Assembly: GCA_021294815.2 (NCBI GenBank)
Contig: CP095464.1
Coordinates: 300,001 to 332,000, forward strand
Reading direction: 5' to 3'
DNA: 32,000 nucleotides
Source of the DNA: Verrucomicrobiota bacterium
GTDB lineage: Bacteria > Verrucomicrobiota > Verrucomicrobiia > Opitutales > LL51
How positions within the stretch are numbered: the stretch's first letter is position 1; every line of letters starts with the position of its first letter. Of the stretch, positions 12,635 through 21,051 are shown in pieces. Below the pieces are notes generated by a model that saw only the letters and a program-made list of their open reading frames with translations, was not told where the DNA came from and made no database searches. The position numbers and the translations under genes were made by a program.

Positions 12635-12677
12635 AACAACAAAACAGCTCTGCAGGACATGACGTCCCACAAAACTG
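12635..12677 (-). terminator. Intrinsic attenuator/terminator hairpin in the rplL-rpoB spacer
   Basis: The minus-sense RNA reads CAGUUUUGUGGGAC-GUCAU-GUCCUGCAGAGCUG. This forms a 14-bp stem (10 Watson-Crick and 4 G-U pairs) with a 5-nt loop, followed directly by UUUUGUUGUU. The G-U pairs make it specific to the minus strand. Confidence 0.6.
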
Positions 12678-12706
12678 TAGCTTCTCTCTTTAGGGGAACA
12701 CCGTGA

Positions 12707-13090
12707 CTACTTGAGTTCCACTTTGGCGCCGGCCGCTTCGAGTTTCTTTTTCATCTCCTCGGCTTCCGTCTTCGAAACGGCTTCCTTGACGGTCTTGGGC
12801 GCACCATCGACGAGGTCTTTTGCCTCCTTTAAGCCTAGGCCGGTAATCGCACGAACCTCTTTGATGACGTTGATCTTATTATCGCCCGCTGCGGAAAGAA
12901 CGACGTCAAACTCGGTCTTCTCCTCTTTCGCTTCGGCCGCACCACCACCTGCCGGCATCGCAACTGCCGCGACCGGTGCACTCGCACTGACGCCCCATTT
13001 CTCTTCAAGCTCTTTGACGAGCCCCGCAATCTCTAAAACAGACTGCTTACTTAACCACTCGATAACCTGATCTTTTGTAATTTCTGCCAT
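12707..13090 (-). CDS. rplL: 50S ribosomal protein L7/L12
   Basis: 127-aa ORF with an Ala/Gly-rich hinge ([17 protein letters not shown]) and a conserved C-terminal domain ([16 protein letters not shown]). AGGAGG lies upstream. Confidence 0.95.
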   Translation of the reverse strand: MAEITKDQVIEWLSKQSVLEIAGLVKELEEKWGVSASAPVAAVAMPAGGGAAEAKEEKTEFDVVLSAAGDNKINVIKEVRAITGLGLKEAKDLVDGAPKTVKEAVSKTEAEEMKKKLEAAGAKVELK

Positions 13091-13173
13091 TTTTTATCCT
13101 CCTGAGACGAACTTAGCGGCTAACCGTAGCCATTTAAGAGCACAAACTCCTAAATCCCTCTCTCGTAAGAAAA

Positions 13174-13689
13174 TTATTCCTTTTGCGCCTTTGCCTGTAA
13201 TACGTTGACGACCCCCTGAGGTACTGCGTTGAGTACCCGAACCAACTGCTGCGCCGGCGTATTGAAGAGCGCCAGGACTTGAGCCCGAAGAACCTCGAGT
13301 GACGGAAGCTCGGAGAGTGCCTTAATTTCCGCAGCCGATAGGACGTGTTTCGACAATGCACCGCCTTTGACCGGCATCTTATCGTCGTTGCCCTTGGCGA
13401 ACTGGAACAGCGTTTTTGCGACGCCCGATGGGTTTTCACCCCCAGTGATAATCGCTGTATGCCCCTCGAAGCAAGCAGCGTCCAACGCCTCACAGCCGCT
13501 TTCCTGAAGTGCGATCTTTAAAATGTTATTTTTAACGATATGGCACTCGGCACCATCCTTCGCGAGATCTTTGCGCAACGCTGAAATTGCAGCTACTGTC
13601 ACACCGGTGAAATTCGCCAAGTAGACGTAATCGGACCTCCCAAGGTGACTCGAAACCTCTTCGACTAAAAATGCTTTTTCCGCTCTCAT
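13174..13689 (-). CDS. rplJ: 50S ribosomal protein L10
   Basis: 171-aa ORF of L10-like sequence, placed between rplA and rplL. GGGAGG lies upstream of the ATG. Confidence 0.93.
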   Translation of the reverse strand: MRAEKAFLVEEVSSHLGRSDYVYLANFTGVTVAAISALRKDLAKDGAECHIVKNNILKIALQESGCEALDAACFEGHTAIITGGENPSGVAKTLFQFAKGNDDKMPVKGGALSKHVLSAAEIKALSELPSLEVLRAQVLALFNTPAQQLVRVLNAVPQGVVNVLQAKAQKE

Positions 13690-13699
13690 CTTTTCCTCC

Positions 13700-14392
13700 C
13701 TATGCAGCGCTATAAACCGACGGTTCTAACTTAATACCCGGAGACATTGTCGCCGTCAAGACCGCACTTTTCACAAAATTACCGGAAACACTTGCTGGTT
13801 TCGCTTTTAGGATCGCATCGACCGCAACGCGGATATTTTCGGTTAACTTAGGCGCATCAAACGAACGCTTACCGACTACTACCGACATGCTGCCTGTCTT
13901 ATCCATCTTGAACTCAACGCGTCCAGCCTTCACTTCATGGATTACACTGACGACGTCGTCAGAAACCGTTCCGGATTTCGGATTCGGCATAATCCCACGA
14001 GGACCGAGAATACGCGCGACATTGCGCGCTTGCTTCATCGCTGAGGTGGTGGAAATCGCGACATCAAAGTCGAGCCAACCGCCCTGGATTTTTTCGATTA
14101 GATCTTCGAGACCTGCAAAGTCTGCTCCAGCCGAAAGGGCCTCTTCTGGCTTTTCGGTAAATACGAGAACACGTACTTTTTTTCCACTACCGTTCGGAAG
14201 ACTAACAACCCCGCGGACCATCTGGTCACTCTGCTTCGGATCAACCCCGAGATGGAACGAGAGCTCCACCGTCTCATCAAAACGAGCCTTCGGCATTTTT
14301 TCGAGCAGTGCAACGGCATTTTCTACAGAAAAGTACTGACTTAAATCAGCGACCTCCTGCCCTTGTCTCTGACGCTTGCTTCGTTTTTTCAT
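13700..14392 (-). CDS. rplA: 50S ribosomal protein L1
   Basis: L1-family sequence. I place the start at ATG 14392 (MKKRSKRQRQ..., the typical L1 N-terminus). The longer ORF-track form begins at TTG 14437 and adds 15 atypical residues. Confidence 0.92.
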   Translation of the reverse strand: MKKRSKRQRQGQEVADLSQYFSVENAVALLEKMPKARFDETVELSFHLGVDPKQSDQMVRGVVSLPNGSGKKVRVLVFTEKPEEALSAGADFAGLEDLIEKIQGGWLDFDVAISTTSAMKQARNVARILGPRGIMPNPKSGTVSDDVVSVIHEVKAGRVEFKMDKTGSMSVVVGKRSFDAPKLTENIRVAVDAILKAKPASVSGNFVKSAVLTATMSPGIKLEPSVYSAA

Positions 14393-14442
14393 AAACAAAT
14401 TACCGTCTACCGCTACCGCAATTCTGGTGCTTGTCAAGCGTT

Positions 14443-14868
14443 TTACGCGACGACCTCAATTCCCATACTCCGGGCGGTTCCTTCGATCATCCGGCGCGCA
14501 GCGTCAACATCTTCGACATTGAGATCGGCCTTCTTGACTTCGACGATTTCTTCGAGCTGTTTACGCGTCACCTTACCGATTTTATTCCGATTCGGAACAC
14601 CGGAACCCTTAGCAACACCCGCTGCTTTTTGTAAGAGGACCGACGCCGGCGGTGATTTTAAAATGAATGAAAATGAGCGATCCGCATACACCGAGATCAC
14701 CGCGGGAATGACCATACCCGCCATATCTTTGGTTTTTGCGTTAAATTCCTTACAGAAGCCCATGATGTTTACACCGGCCGCACCGAGTGCCGGGCCTACC
14801 GGAGGTGCCGGATTTGCCACTCCCGCAGGTAACTGTAACTTAATTTGCTTAACGACCTTTTTTGCCAT
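14443..14868 (-). CDS. rplK: 50S ribosomal protein L11
   Basis: 141-aa ORF with the L11 N-terminal motif ([22 protein letters not shown]). It starts 6 nt after the nusG stop. Confidence 0.96.
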   Translation of the reverse strand: MAKKVVKQIKLQLPAGVANPAPPVGPALGAAGVNIMGFCKEFNAKTKDMAGMVIPAVISVYADRSFSFILKSPPASVLLQKAAGVAKGSGVPNRNKIGKVTRKQLEEIVEVKKADLNVEDVDAARRMIEGTARSMGIEVVA

Positions 14869-14874
14869 AGTTTT

Positions 14875-15444
14875 TTACTCAACAACCCTTTCTGCCTGCC
14901 AAAATTCTAATTCAATCGGCGTATCCCGTCCAAATAGCGATACCGAAACCTGCATCTTTCCCGCTTCTAAATCAATCTCCGTAATCGCACCGACCGAGTC
15001 CTTAAACGGACCATCGGTAATTTTAACCTTATCCCCAACTTCAAATGCAACTCGACGGACCGGCGCCGCGGTTTCTGCCGCCTTCGCTTGCGCTAAAATT
15101 CGCTTAACCTCGTCCTCACGTAATGGAACAGGTTTATCGCCCCCTACAAAGTTCAAGACCCCCTGTGCATTGCGAACAAAGTACCACTGTGACTGTAACA
15201 GCTGATCGTGGTCATCATAGAGCTTCATCTTGATAAAGACGTAGCCCGGGTAGAACTTTTTTGTCCGATGATATTTTTTCCCGTTCTTGATTTCGATGAC
15301 CTTTTCCGAGGGAACGAGTACTTCTTCGATTGCAACTCCCTCATGCTCGGCAAACTTATCAAGGTACAGCTTGACCTTCGCTTCCTGGTTCGAATAAACC
15401 TGAAGCGCGTACCACCGGGAATCCTGCATCGTCGCTATGACCAC
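14875..15444 (-). CDS. nusG: Transcription termination/antitermination factor NusG
   Basis: 189-aa ORF with an NGN domain (WYALQVYSNQE) and a KOW motif (GDKVKITDGPFKD). The GTG start at 15444 has AGGAGG 6 nt upstream. Confidence 0.95.
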   Translation of the reverse strand: MVIATMQDSRWYALQVYSNQEAKVKLYLDKFAEHEGVAIEEVLVPSEKVIEIKNGKKYHRTKKFYPGYVFIKMKLYDDHDQLLQSQWYFVRNAQGVLNFVGGDKPVPLREDEVKRILAQAKAAETAAPVRRVAFEVGDKVKITDGPFKDSVGAITEIDLEAGKMQVSVSLFGRDTPIELEFWQAERVVE

Positions 15445-15485
15445 TCACTACCTCCTAAACCTCGGATATTCCCCATCAACACCAA

Positions 15486-15701
15486 TCATCCAAGCGCTCC
15501 GCGCATCCAGTTACTGAAGAGATCGACCACCTGGATAAGCGAAAAATCGACCATCGCAACGTAACTCCCTAAGAGCGCCATTCCAATAAGAACGACGGCG
15601 ACATAGTGACGGCACTCCTTCGGGGTCGGCCACGTCGCTTTACGAAGTTCGCCGACGACCTCCCCGAAAAACACCCCTAACTTTCTAAACGGATTCTTCA
15701 T
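15486..15701 (-). CDS. secE: Preprotein translocase subunit SecE
   Basis: Small protein with one hydrophobic helix (YVAVVLIGMALLGSYVAMV), in the canonical slot between tRNA-Trp and nusG. I place the start at ATG 15701, because the ORF-track extension to 15740 overlaps the tRNA-Trp gene. Confidence 0.85.
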   Translation of the reverse strand: MKNPFRKLGVFFGEVVGELRKATWPTPKECRHYVAVVLIGMALLGSYVAMVDFSLIQVVDLFSNWMRGALG

Positions 15702-15710
15702 CGCTATACC

Positions 15711-15787
15711 TGGCAGGGGAAGAGGGACTCGAACCCCCAACCTTTGGTTTTGGAGACCACTGCTCTGCCAAATTGAGCTATTCCCCT
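15711..15787 (-). tRNA. trnW: tRNA-Trp (anticodon CCA), 3' CCA encoded
   Basis: The reverse complement AGGGGAATAGCTCAATTTGGCAGAGCAGTGGTCTCCAAAACCAAAGGTTGGGGGTTCGAGTCCCTCTTCCCCTGCCA folds as a cloverleaf. The acceptor stem is AGGGGAA/TTCCCCT, the anticodon loop is CTCCAAA, and the T-loop is TTCGAGT. Confidence 0.95.
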
Positions 15788-15839
15788 AGCACGGTTCATT
15801 AAAAGGCACCTTTTAAATCTCGTGTCAATTATTTTTACG

Positions 15840-17030
15840 TTACTCAATAATTTCGGTAATACGGCCAGCACCAATCGTATGACCACCTTCACGGATTGCA
15901 AAACGTTGCCCCTTTTCCATCGCGATCGTCTTTTGGAGATCGATCGTTAGGTTGAGGTTATCGCCTGGCATCACCATTTCACGGCCTTCCGGAAGCGTTG
16001 TCACACCCGTTACATCTGCTGTTCCGAAGAAGAACTGAGGACGGTATCCGCTGAAAAATGGAGTCTTACGGCCACCTTCCTCTTTCGTGAGAACGTAAAT
16101 TTCAGCTTTCGCCTTGAAGTGCGGTGTAATACTTTTCGGTTTGGCAATCACCTGACCACGCTCGACTTCTTTTTTCTCTAAGCCACGAAGAAGGAGTCCG
16201 ACGTTATCGCCTGCACGCCCTTCATCGAGGAGCTTACGGAACATTTCAACACCGGTACAGGTTGTCTTTTTCGTTTCACCAAGACCGACGATTTCAACTT
16301 CTTCACCAACCTTAATTGTTCCACGCTCGATACGACCTGTTGCAACCGTACCACGACCGGTAATGGAAAAGACGTCTTCAACGGACATTAAGAATGGTTT
16401 ATCCACATCGCGTTGAGGTTCCGGAATCTCGGAATCTAAAGCATCGAGAAGCTGACCAATTGCAGCTACCCCTTCCGGCTTACCTTCTAGGGCTGCCAGT
16501 GCAGAACCACGAATAACGGTGATATTGTCTCCGTCATATTCGTATTTGTTCAAAAGGTCACGGATTTCCATTTCGACGAGGTCGAGGAGTTCCGAATCAT
16601 CGAGCAGGTCGACCTTATTTAAAAATACGACCAATTTCGGGACTCCAACCTGACGGGCTAAAAGGATATGCTCGCGGGTCTGCGGCATCGGACCATCTGC
16701 AGCACTGACAACGAGGATCGCACCATCCATCTGGGCCGCACCGGTAATCATATTTTTAACGAAGTCTGCGTGTCCTGGGCAGTCGACGTGGGCATAGTGC
16801 CGCTTATCCGTTTCGTACTCGACGTGTGATACCGCGATCGTAACCGTTTTTGTAGAGTCACGGACGGTACCTCCTTTAGTCACATCCGCATAGGACTTAA
16901 ATTCCGCGAGTCCCTTATCGGATTGCACTTTGAGGATTGCGGTCGTCAAGGTCGATTTACCGTGGTCGACGTGACCAATCGTTCCCACATTAACGTGAGG
17001 CTTCTTTCTCTCGAATGTTTCTTTTGCCAT
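15840..17030 (-). CDS. tuf: Elongation factor Tu
   Basis: 396-aa ORF with [17 protein letters not shown] and NKVD motifs and high overall EF-Tu conservation. Confidence 0.98.
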   Translation of the reverse strand: MAKETFERKKPHVNVGTIGHVDHGKSTLTTAILKVQSDKGLAEFKSYADVTKGGTVRDSTKTVTIAVSHVEYETDKRHYAHVDCPGHADFVKNMITGAAQMDGAILVVSAADGPMPQTREHILLARQVGVPKLVVFLNKVDLLDDSELLDLVEMEIRDLLNKYEYDGDNITVIRGSALAALEGKPEGVAAIGQLLDALDSEIPEPQRDVDKPFLMSVEDVFSITGRGTVATGRIERGTIKVGEEVEIVGLGETKKTTCTGVEMFRKLLDEGRAGDNVGLLLRGLEKKEVERGQVIAKPKSITPHFKAKAEIYVLTKEEGGRKTPFFSGYRPQFFFGTADVTGVTTLPEGREMVMPGDNLNLTIDLQKTIAMEKGQRFAIREGGHTIGAGRITEIIE

Positions 17031-17056
17031 GAATAATCCTTAAATAAAAGTTGCGA

Positions 17057-17132
<76 letters not shown>

Positions 17133-17177
17133 TAACGGAACCGCGTCGCCCGAAGAGACATCGCTCCCTAGGCGCTG

Positions 17178-17206
17178 AATCTGTAAATCTTCCGTCCCCG
17201 GGTCAA
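17178..17206 (-). promoter_or_regulatory. Candidate sigma70-type promoter for tRNA-Thr/tuf
   Basis: On the minus strand: TTGACC (17206..17201), a 17-nt spacer, then CAGATT (17183..17178). An A-rich tract (AAGAAAAAAGA) precedes it, and it lies about 40 nt upstream of the tRNA 5' end. The -10 is weak and this is pattern matching only. Confidence 0.3.
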
Positions 17207-17305
17207 TCTTTTTTCTTACACCGATGTATTCTGAAATCGTACGCCCTGTCGATTATTTTCAGTTCCATTGATCTTTTTTTAAAAATGACTAGATAAGGCT
17301 ACCGG

Positions 17306-18211
17306 ATGAACATTTTAATGACGGGCGCCGCAGGCTATATTGCTACACACTGTGCAAAGCGGCTACGTTCCGCAGAACATACGCTCTTTGGGATCGATTT
17401 TTTTCCAATTTCCGATCTAACCTTATTTGAAAAAACATACCGCGGGGATGCAGGAAATCAATTTCTTCTGAAACAAATTTTTCAGGACCATGGTATTGAA
17501 TGTATCCTCTATGCCTCCGGCTCCAACGACTTTCCCAACTGGGCTCAAGATCCCGCGAAGCTCTACAGCAACGATCTCTTTGGACTGCTGTTTTTACTCG
17601 CCGCGGCTGCCGAAAAGAACGTCAAAAAATTTGTCTATCTCTCAACGACTCAAGTCTATGCACCTTCCGCACACATACGCGCCCGAGAAGATCTAACACC
17701 CTATCCCTCGACAACCTTTGGCAAGGTCAAATACGCGGCCGAATCGATGATTTCCGCATTTGCCGAAGCCCACGGATTACGGTATGTTATTCTCCGGCTC
17801 GGCGATGTTTTAGGAGCCAATCCGATGGCCCCCGCAAGTGCTTTAGGTCATCCCCTCTTGAGTCGTCTCTTTCAATCAAAACCGATTTACGATCGCCCGT
17901 ATGCATTTGTGCACGTGGAAGATGTCGTTCAAGCGATCATGCTCGCACTTGCTTCACTCAATCATAAAGAGCACAGCATTTACAATATCACTGCTCCAGA
18001 CGTCACTCCCTGCCCGGAGTTTCTTGAAAAGGTAGCGACCGTTCTGCATCAATCTCTCGCTGAAGTCAAAAAAGTTCCCAACAATCATGCACCGACACGC
18101 ATCGACACCTACCGTGCGCAACGTGAGCTCAATTGGCACTTGCAATACCCCGATCTCGACTACATGATCAGTTCGACTTCAGACTGGCTTCAACACCATG
18201 GGAAACGTTAA
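17306..18211 (+). CDS. Extended SDR / NAD-dependent epimerase-dehydratase family protein, atypical (Phe in place of catalytic Tyr)
   Basis: 301-aa ORF. It has an N-terminal Rossmann motif ILMTGAAGYIATH, a beta2 Asp (FGID), and YLSTTQVYAPS aligning with the SS..vYG block. PSTTFGKVKYAAE aligns to the canonical PxxxYGxSKxxxE. Confidence 0.8.
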   Translation: MNILMTGAAGYIATHCAKRLRSAEHTLFGIDFFPISDLTLFEKTYRGDAGNQFLLKQIFQDHGIECILYASGSNDFPNWAQDPAKLYSNDLFGLLFLLAAAAEKNVKKFVYLSTTQVYAPSAHIRAREDLTPYPSTTFGKVKYAAESMISAFAEAHGLRYVILRLGDVLGANPMAPASALGHPLLSRLFQSKPIYDRPYAFVHVEDVVQAIMLALASLNHKEHSIYNITAPDVTPCPEFLEKVATVLHQSLAEVKKVPNNHAPTRIDTYRAQRELNWHLQYPDLDYMISSTSDWLQHHGKR

Positions 18212-18887
18212 GTGCTACATCTTCCTCCTCAATACACACGGGCACCACTGGGCGACCACACTCACCGATCTTTTAGAAATCCTCAACCTACCGCCCCTAC
18301 TCCATGTTGCCAATATAGATGATTTTCAACAAAACAATACGGAGCTGAACTTTTTCCCCTGGGACGATTTTCCACAAGACGGTGAAACACCGGTAACATT
18401 TCTAGTCTCCGCGGAAGCGCACTTAGCGGAACAGATGCATGCACTCTTCCGATTCCATCAACGGTATGGGTTTGACGTACTCCGAAGCATTTCTGTCCTC
18501 GATGCACCCTTCTTTGAAAATATACACAGCAATCTCTGCGATGCGATGGCTCATTTTGCGGATCTCCTCCTCATCGACGAATCAGAAGTTTTTTTGAAAA
18601 ACGTTGTCCAAGCCCTGATGGATCAGTGTAAGAAGAAAAAATGCTATCCATTGACGATCCAACGTCTCTCGAAGCATAAAATCGGAGATCTGAGTGGACT
18701 TTTTGATCCGCAACCGCGTCGGATGGCGCTCATCTTTGATGATCTCGACCCCATTGATTTCATCGACGAAGAACAAGTTGACCGAGCGCCCTTTACAATC
18801 CCCTCACTCGATCAACGCGATCCCTATCTCCAGCAAAACGAACAAGGGCACTACGTGAATCGTATCGAATCACTCGAACGAGTTTAA
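18198..18887 (+). CDS. Hypothetical protein; possible degenerate P-loop (G3E/CobW-like) fold
   Basis: 229-aa ORF whose ATG overlaps the SDR gene's 3' end by 14 nt. It is the only long ORF accounting for this interval. The N-terminus has a strand-loop-helix pattern, CYIFLL-NTHGHHWA-TTLTDLLEIL. The C-terminal third is acidic. Confidence 0.6.
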   Translation: MGNVKCYIFLLNTHGHHWATTLTDLLEILNLPPLLHVANIDDFQQNNTELNFFPWDDFPQDGETPVTFLVSAEAHLAEQMHALFRFHQRYGFDVLRSISVLDAPFFENIHSNLCDAMAHFADLLLIDESEVFLKNVVQALMDQCKKKKCYPLTIQRLSKHKIGDLSGLFDPQPRRMALIFDDLDPIDFIDEEQVDRAPFTIPSLDQRDPYLQQNEQGHYVNRIESLERV

Positions 18888-18927
18888 GATTGCCATTTTC
18901 TTCGGATTCAATTGGTTACCGCGACAA

Positions 18928-19004
18928 CGGGGCGTAGCTCAGCCTGGCAGAGCGCATGTTTTGGGTACATGAGGTCATCGGTTCGAACCCGGTCGCCCCG
19001 ACCA
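18928..19004 (+). tRNA. trnP: tRNA-Pro (anticodon TGG), 3' CCA encoded
   Basis: CGGGGCGTAGCTCAGCCTGGCAGAGCGCATGTTTTGGGTACATGAGGTCATCGGTTCGAACCCGGTCGCCCCGACCA. The acceptor stem is CGGGGCG/CGCCCCG, the anticodon stem is CATGT/ACATG with loop TTTGGGT, and the T-loop is TTCGAAC. Confidence 0.95.
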
Positions 19005-21047
19005 TACACGTGGACGTGTAATTTCTAAAACCTCGTAGGTCTTGTGGCTCACTTCATTTAAGAAACGGCTTTGTTGCAGCGGAATCGGAAAGCGTGTTTT
19101 CTTCTGATCCACAACCACTTGACTGGGAACGCATAGATAAAGCTCTCGTTTCGCACGCGTCACCGCTACATAAAATAATCGCCGCTCTTCGCCGAGGTCA
19201 TCTGCCTCAATAGAACGTTTAAGTGGAAAGCTATTTTCATTAAGATTGAGCACAAAAACCGCCCCAAACTCAAGCCCCTTCGCCTGGTGAATCGTACTTA
19301 ATCGAAGCGTTGGCAGTGCCTCCTCACCCGTCTCATTAGATTCGGACTGTAAGAGCGTTACCTGTTGAATGAGTTCCGATAGATCCTGAAATTTATTACA
19401 AAAGACCGAAAACCCCGAAAGATCATCACACCGCGTCTGCCAATTCGAATACGTCTTTTGGAGATAATCCATATATTCCCCATCTAAGATAAAATCGATC
19501 ATCTGACCGATGTTCTCAAAGGGTTCGACGATTGGCGCTTTGACTTCATTTTTTTGCGCAGCATACACAAAGAGATCTTCGGGTAAGGGAGCGGGTGGAT
19601 CATCGGGACGAAATGCCGTCGATCCCTGGTAGAGGCCCGTTAAAACCCTCCGTAGCGGCCACCAAAATTCGAGCGCTGTCGGCGGTATTTTAGCAATTAC
19701 CTCAGCATCATCAAAAAGCTCAAAGATGTTTTTCTTTGTCGCTTCGGCCCGAGCATGGAACGTCCATAAAAGCCGCTCGGCAGTCTTTTCGCCTACACGT
19801 GGGAATCGACACAATAAACGGATAAAAGCACGCGCGTCATTAGGATTCACTACAAAGCGCAAAAACGCTAAAACGTCTTTCACATGCGCTTGCTCGAAAA
19901 AGCGTATACCGCTCGTAATTGTGTAAGGAATGTTGTTTCTCGAAAGCTCTATCTGAAGCTCCATCGACTGGTAGTGCGCACGGTAAAGCACCGCAATGTC
20001 GGAAAGTGAATAGCCCTCCCCTTGTAAACCCATAATGCGTTTAATAATAAAGCTCGCTTGTTGACGTGCATCAAGCACCGAAACGAGCCAAGGCCGATGA
20101 AAACTCGCTTTCGTCGAACGGAGAATTTTGGTGTATTCGAATTTTTCTGAAACTGGAATCTCGTTGGCAAGCGCTAAAATTTCCGGCGTACTGCGGTAAT
20201 TGGTTTGGATTTTGGTGACTTTCGTCTGGCGATATTTTTTAGAAAATTCCGTGATGCTGCGAATATCCGCCCCACGCCAGGTATAAATGCATTGCGCATC
20301 ATCGCCAACCGCAAACAGTTGTTCGTCGCGCGCCATTAAATCGACCATCTTGAGCTGAATCGGATTTGTATCCTGGTACTCATCGACAAGAATATGCTGA
20401 AATTGATGGCTATACTGCATCGCGATCTCGGGATCGTCGTTCAAAATCTGCACAAACCGACATAGGAGATCGTCGTAATCGAATACGTTCTGCTCTTCTT
20501 TAATCGCTTGGTAACGGTCAACGAACTGGTTTAAAACACCGGCGTGATCGATCATATACGGATGGCGCTCTTCAATGACATAGTTGATGGAACGCATCGA
20601 ATTACGGGCATAGCTGACGATTTCAAAGAGTACGCGGCCCGTCGGGTTATTTTTGTTCTTCGAAAACTCCGGCGCGACATCACGAATCGCTTCATTAAAA
20701 AGTGCGAGCGCGTCGTCCTCATCCAGGATTGCAAAATTCGGATGCTCGAGATGCCTCCTCAACAGCCGTTGGCAAATATGATGAAATGTCCCACCATAAA
20801 AAAGGACACTTTCAACGCCCGTTAGCGCTTCGACACGCTGGAGCATTTCCCGGGCCGCTTTATTGGTAAACGTCAATAAAAGGATATTTTCAGGAGCAAC
20901 GCCCTGTGAGAGCAACCACGCTACGCGATAAGTCAACGTACGCGTTTTCCCGGTACCGGCACCAGCCAAAATGAGGTTTGTCGGACTTCTAGAAATAACG
21001 GCCTCGTATTGCTCGGCATTGAGCTCTTCTTGAAACGCGATCGCCAT
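18975..21047 (-). CDS. UvrD/PcrA/Rep-family ATP-dependent DNA helicase
   Basis: Superfamily-1 helicase motifs are present: AGAGTGKT, VDEYQDTN, TNYRS, TIHQAKGLEF and YVAVTRAKRELYL. I place the start at ATG 21047 (MAIAFQEELNAEQYEAV); the ORF-track start at 21083 would overlap ribF. The last 30 nt overlap tRNA-Pro antisense. Confidence 0.9.
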   Translation of the reverse strand: MAIAFQEELNAEQYEAVISRSPTNLILAGAGTGKTRTLTYRVAWLLSQGVAPENILLLTFTNKAAREMLQRVEALTGVESVLFYGGTFHHICQRLLRRHLEHPNFAILDEDDALALFNEAIRDVAPEFSKNKNNPTGRVLFEIVSYARNSMRSINYVIEERHPYMIDHAGVLNQFVDRYQAIKEEQNVFDYDDLLCRFVQILNDDPEIAMQYSHQFQHILVDEYQDTNPIQLKMVDLMARDEQLFAVGDDAQCIYTWRGADIRSITEFSKKYRQTKVTKIQTNYRSTPEILALANEIPVSEKFEYTKILRSTKASFHRPWLVSVLDARQQASFIIKRIMGLQGEGYSLSDIAVLYRAHYQSMELQIELSRNNIPYTITSGIRFFEQAHVKDVLAFLRFVVNPNDARAFIRLLCRFPRVGEKTAERLLWTFHARAEATKKNIFELFDDAEVIAKIPPTALEFWWPLRRVLTGLYQGSTAFRPDDPPAPLPEDLFVYAAQKNEVKAPIVEPFENIGQMIDFILDGEYMDYLQKTYSNWQTRCDDLSGFSVFCNKFQDLSELIQQVTLLQSESNETGEEALPTLRLSTIHQAKGLEFGAVFVLNLNENSFPLKRSIEADDLGEERRLFYVAVTRAKRELYLCVPSQVVVDQKKTRFPIPLQQSRFLNEVSHKTYEVLEITRPRVWSGRPGSNR

Positions 21048-21051
21048 TTTT

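Noticed and set aside
13134-13493. 119-aa minus-strand ORF overlapping rplJ in another frame
   Set aside because: Its composition is Arg/Ser-rich junk, and it is fully contained within the L10 gene and the rplJ-rplL spacer.
14363-15205. 280-aa plus-strand ORF running antisense across the rplA 5' end, all of rplK and the nusG 3' end
   Set aside because: It lies entirely opposite three highly conserved genes, and its translation is low-complexity (Ser/Thr/Ala/Pro-rich) with no recognisable motif. This is the typical stop-poor antisense frame of codon-biased genes.
15798-15828. Promoter-like TTGACA and TTTAAT on the minus strand between tuf and tRNA-Trp
   Set aside because: The spacer is 19 nt, outside the usual 16-18 range. 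It is possibly real but not supportable from sequence alone.
15702-15901. The secE N-terminal extension (to 15740) and the 65-aa ORF 15704..15901
   Set aside because: Both overlap the tRNA-Trp gene, and the second also overlaps the tuf 3' end. The conserved SecE sequence starts at ATG 15701.
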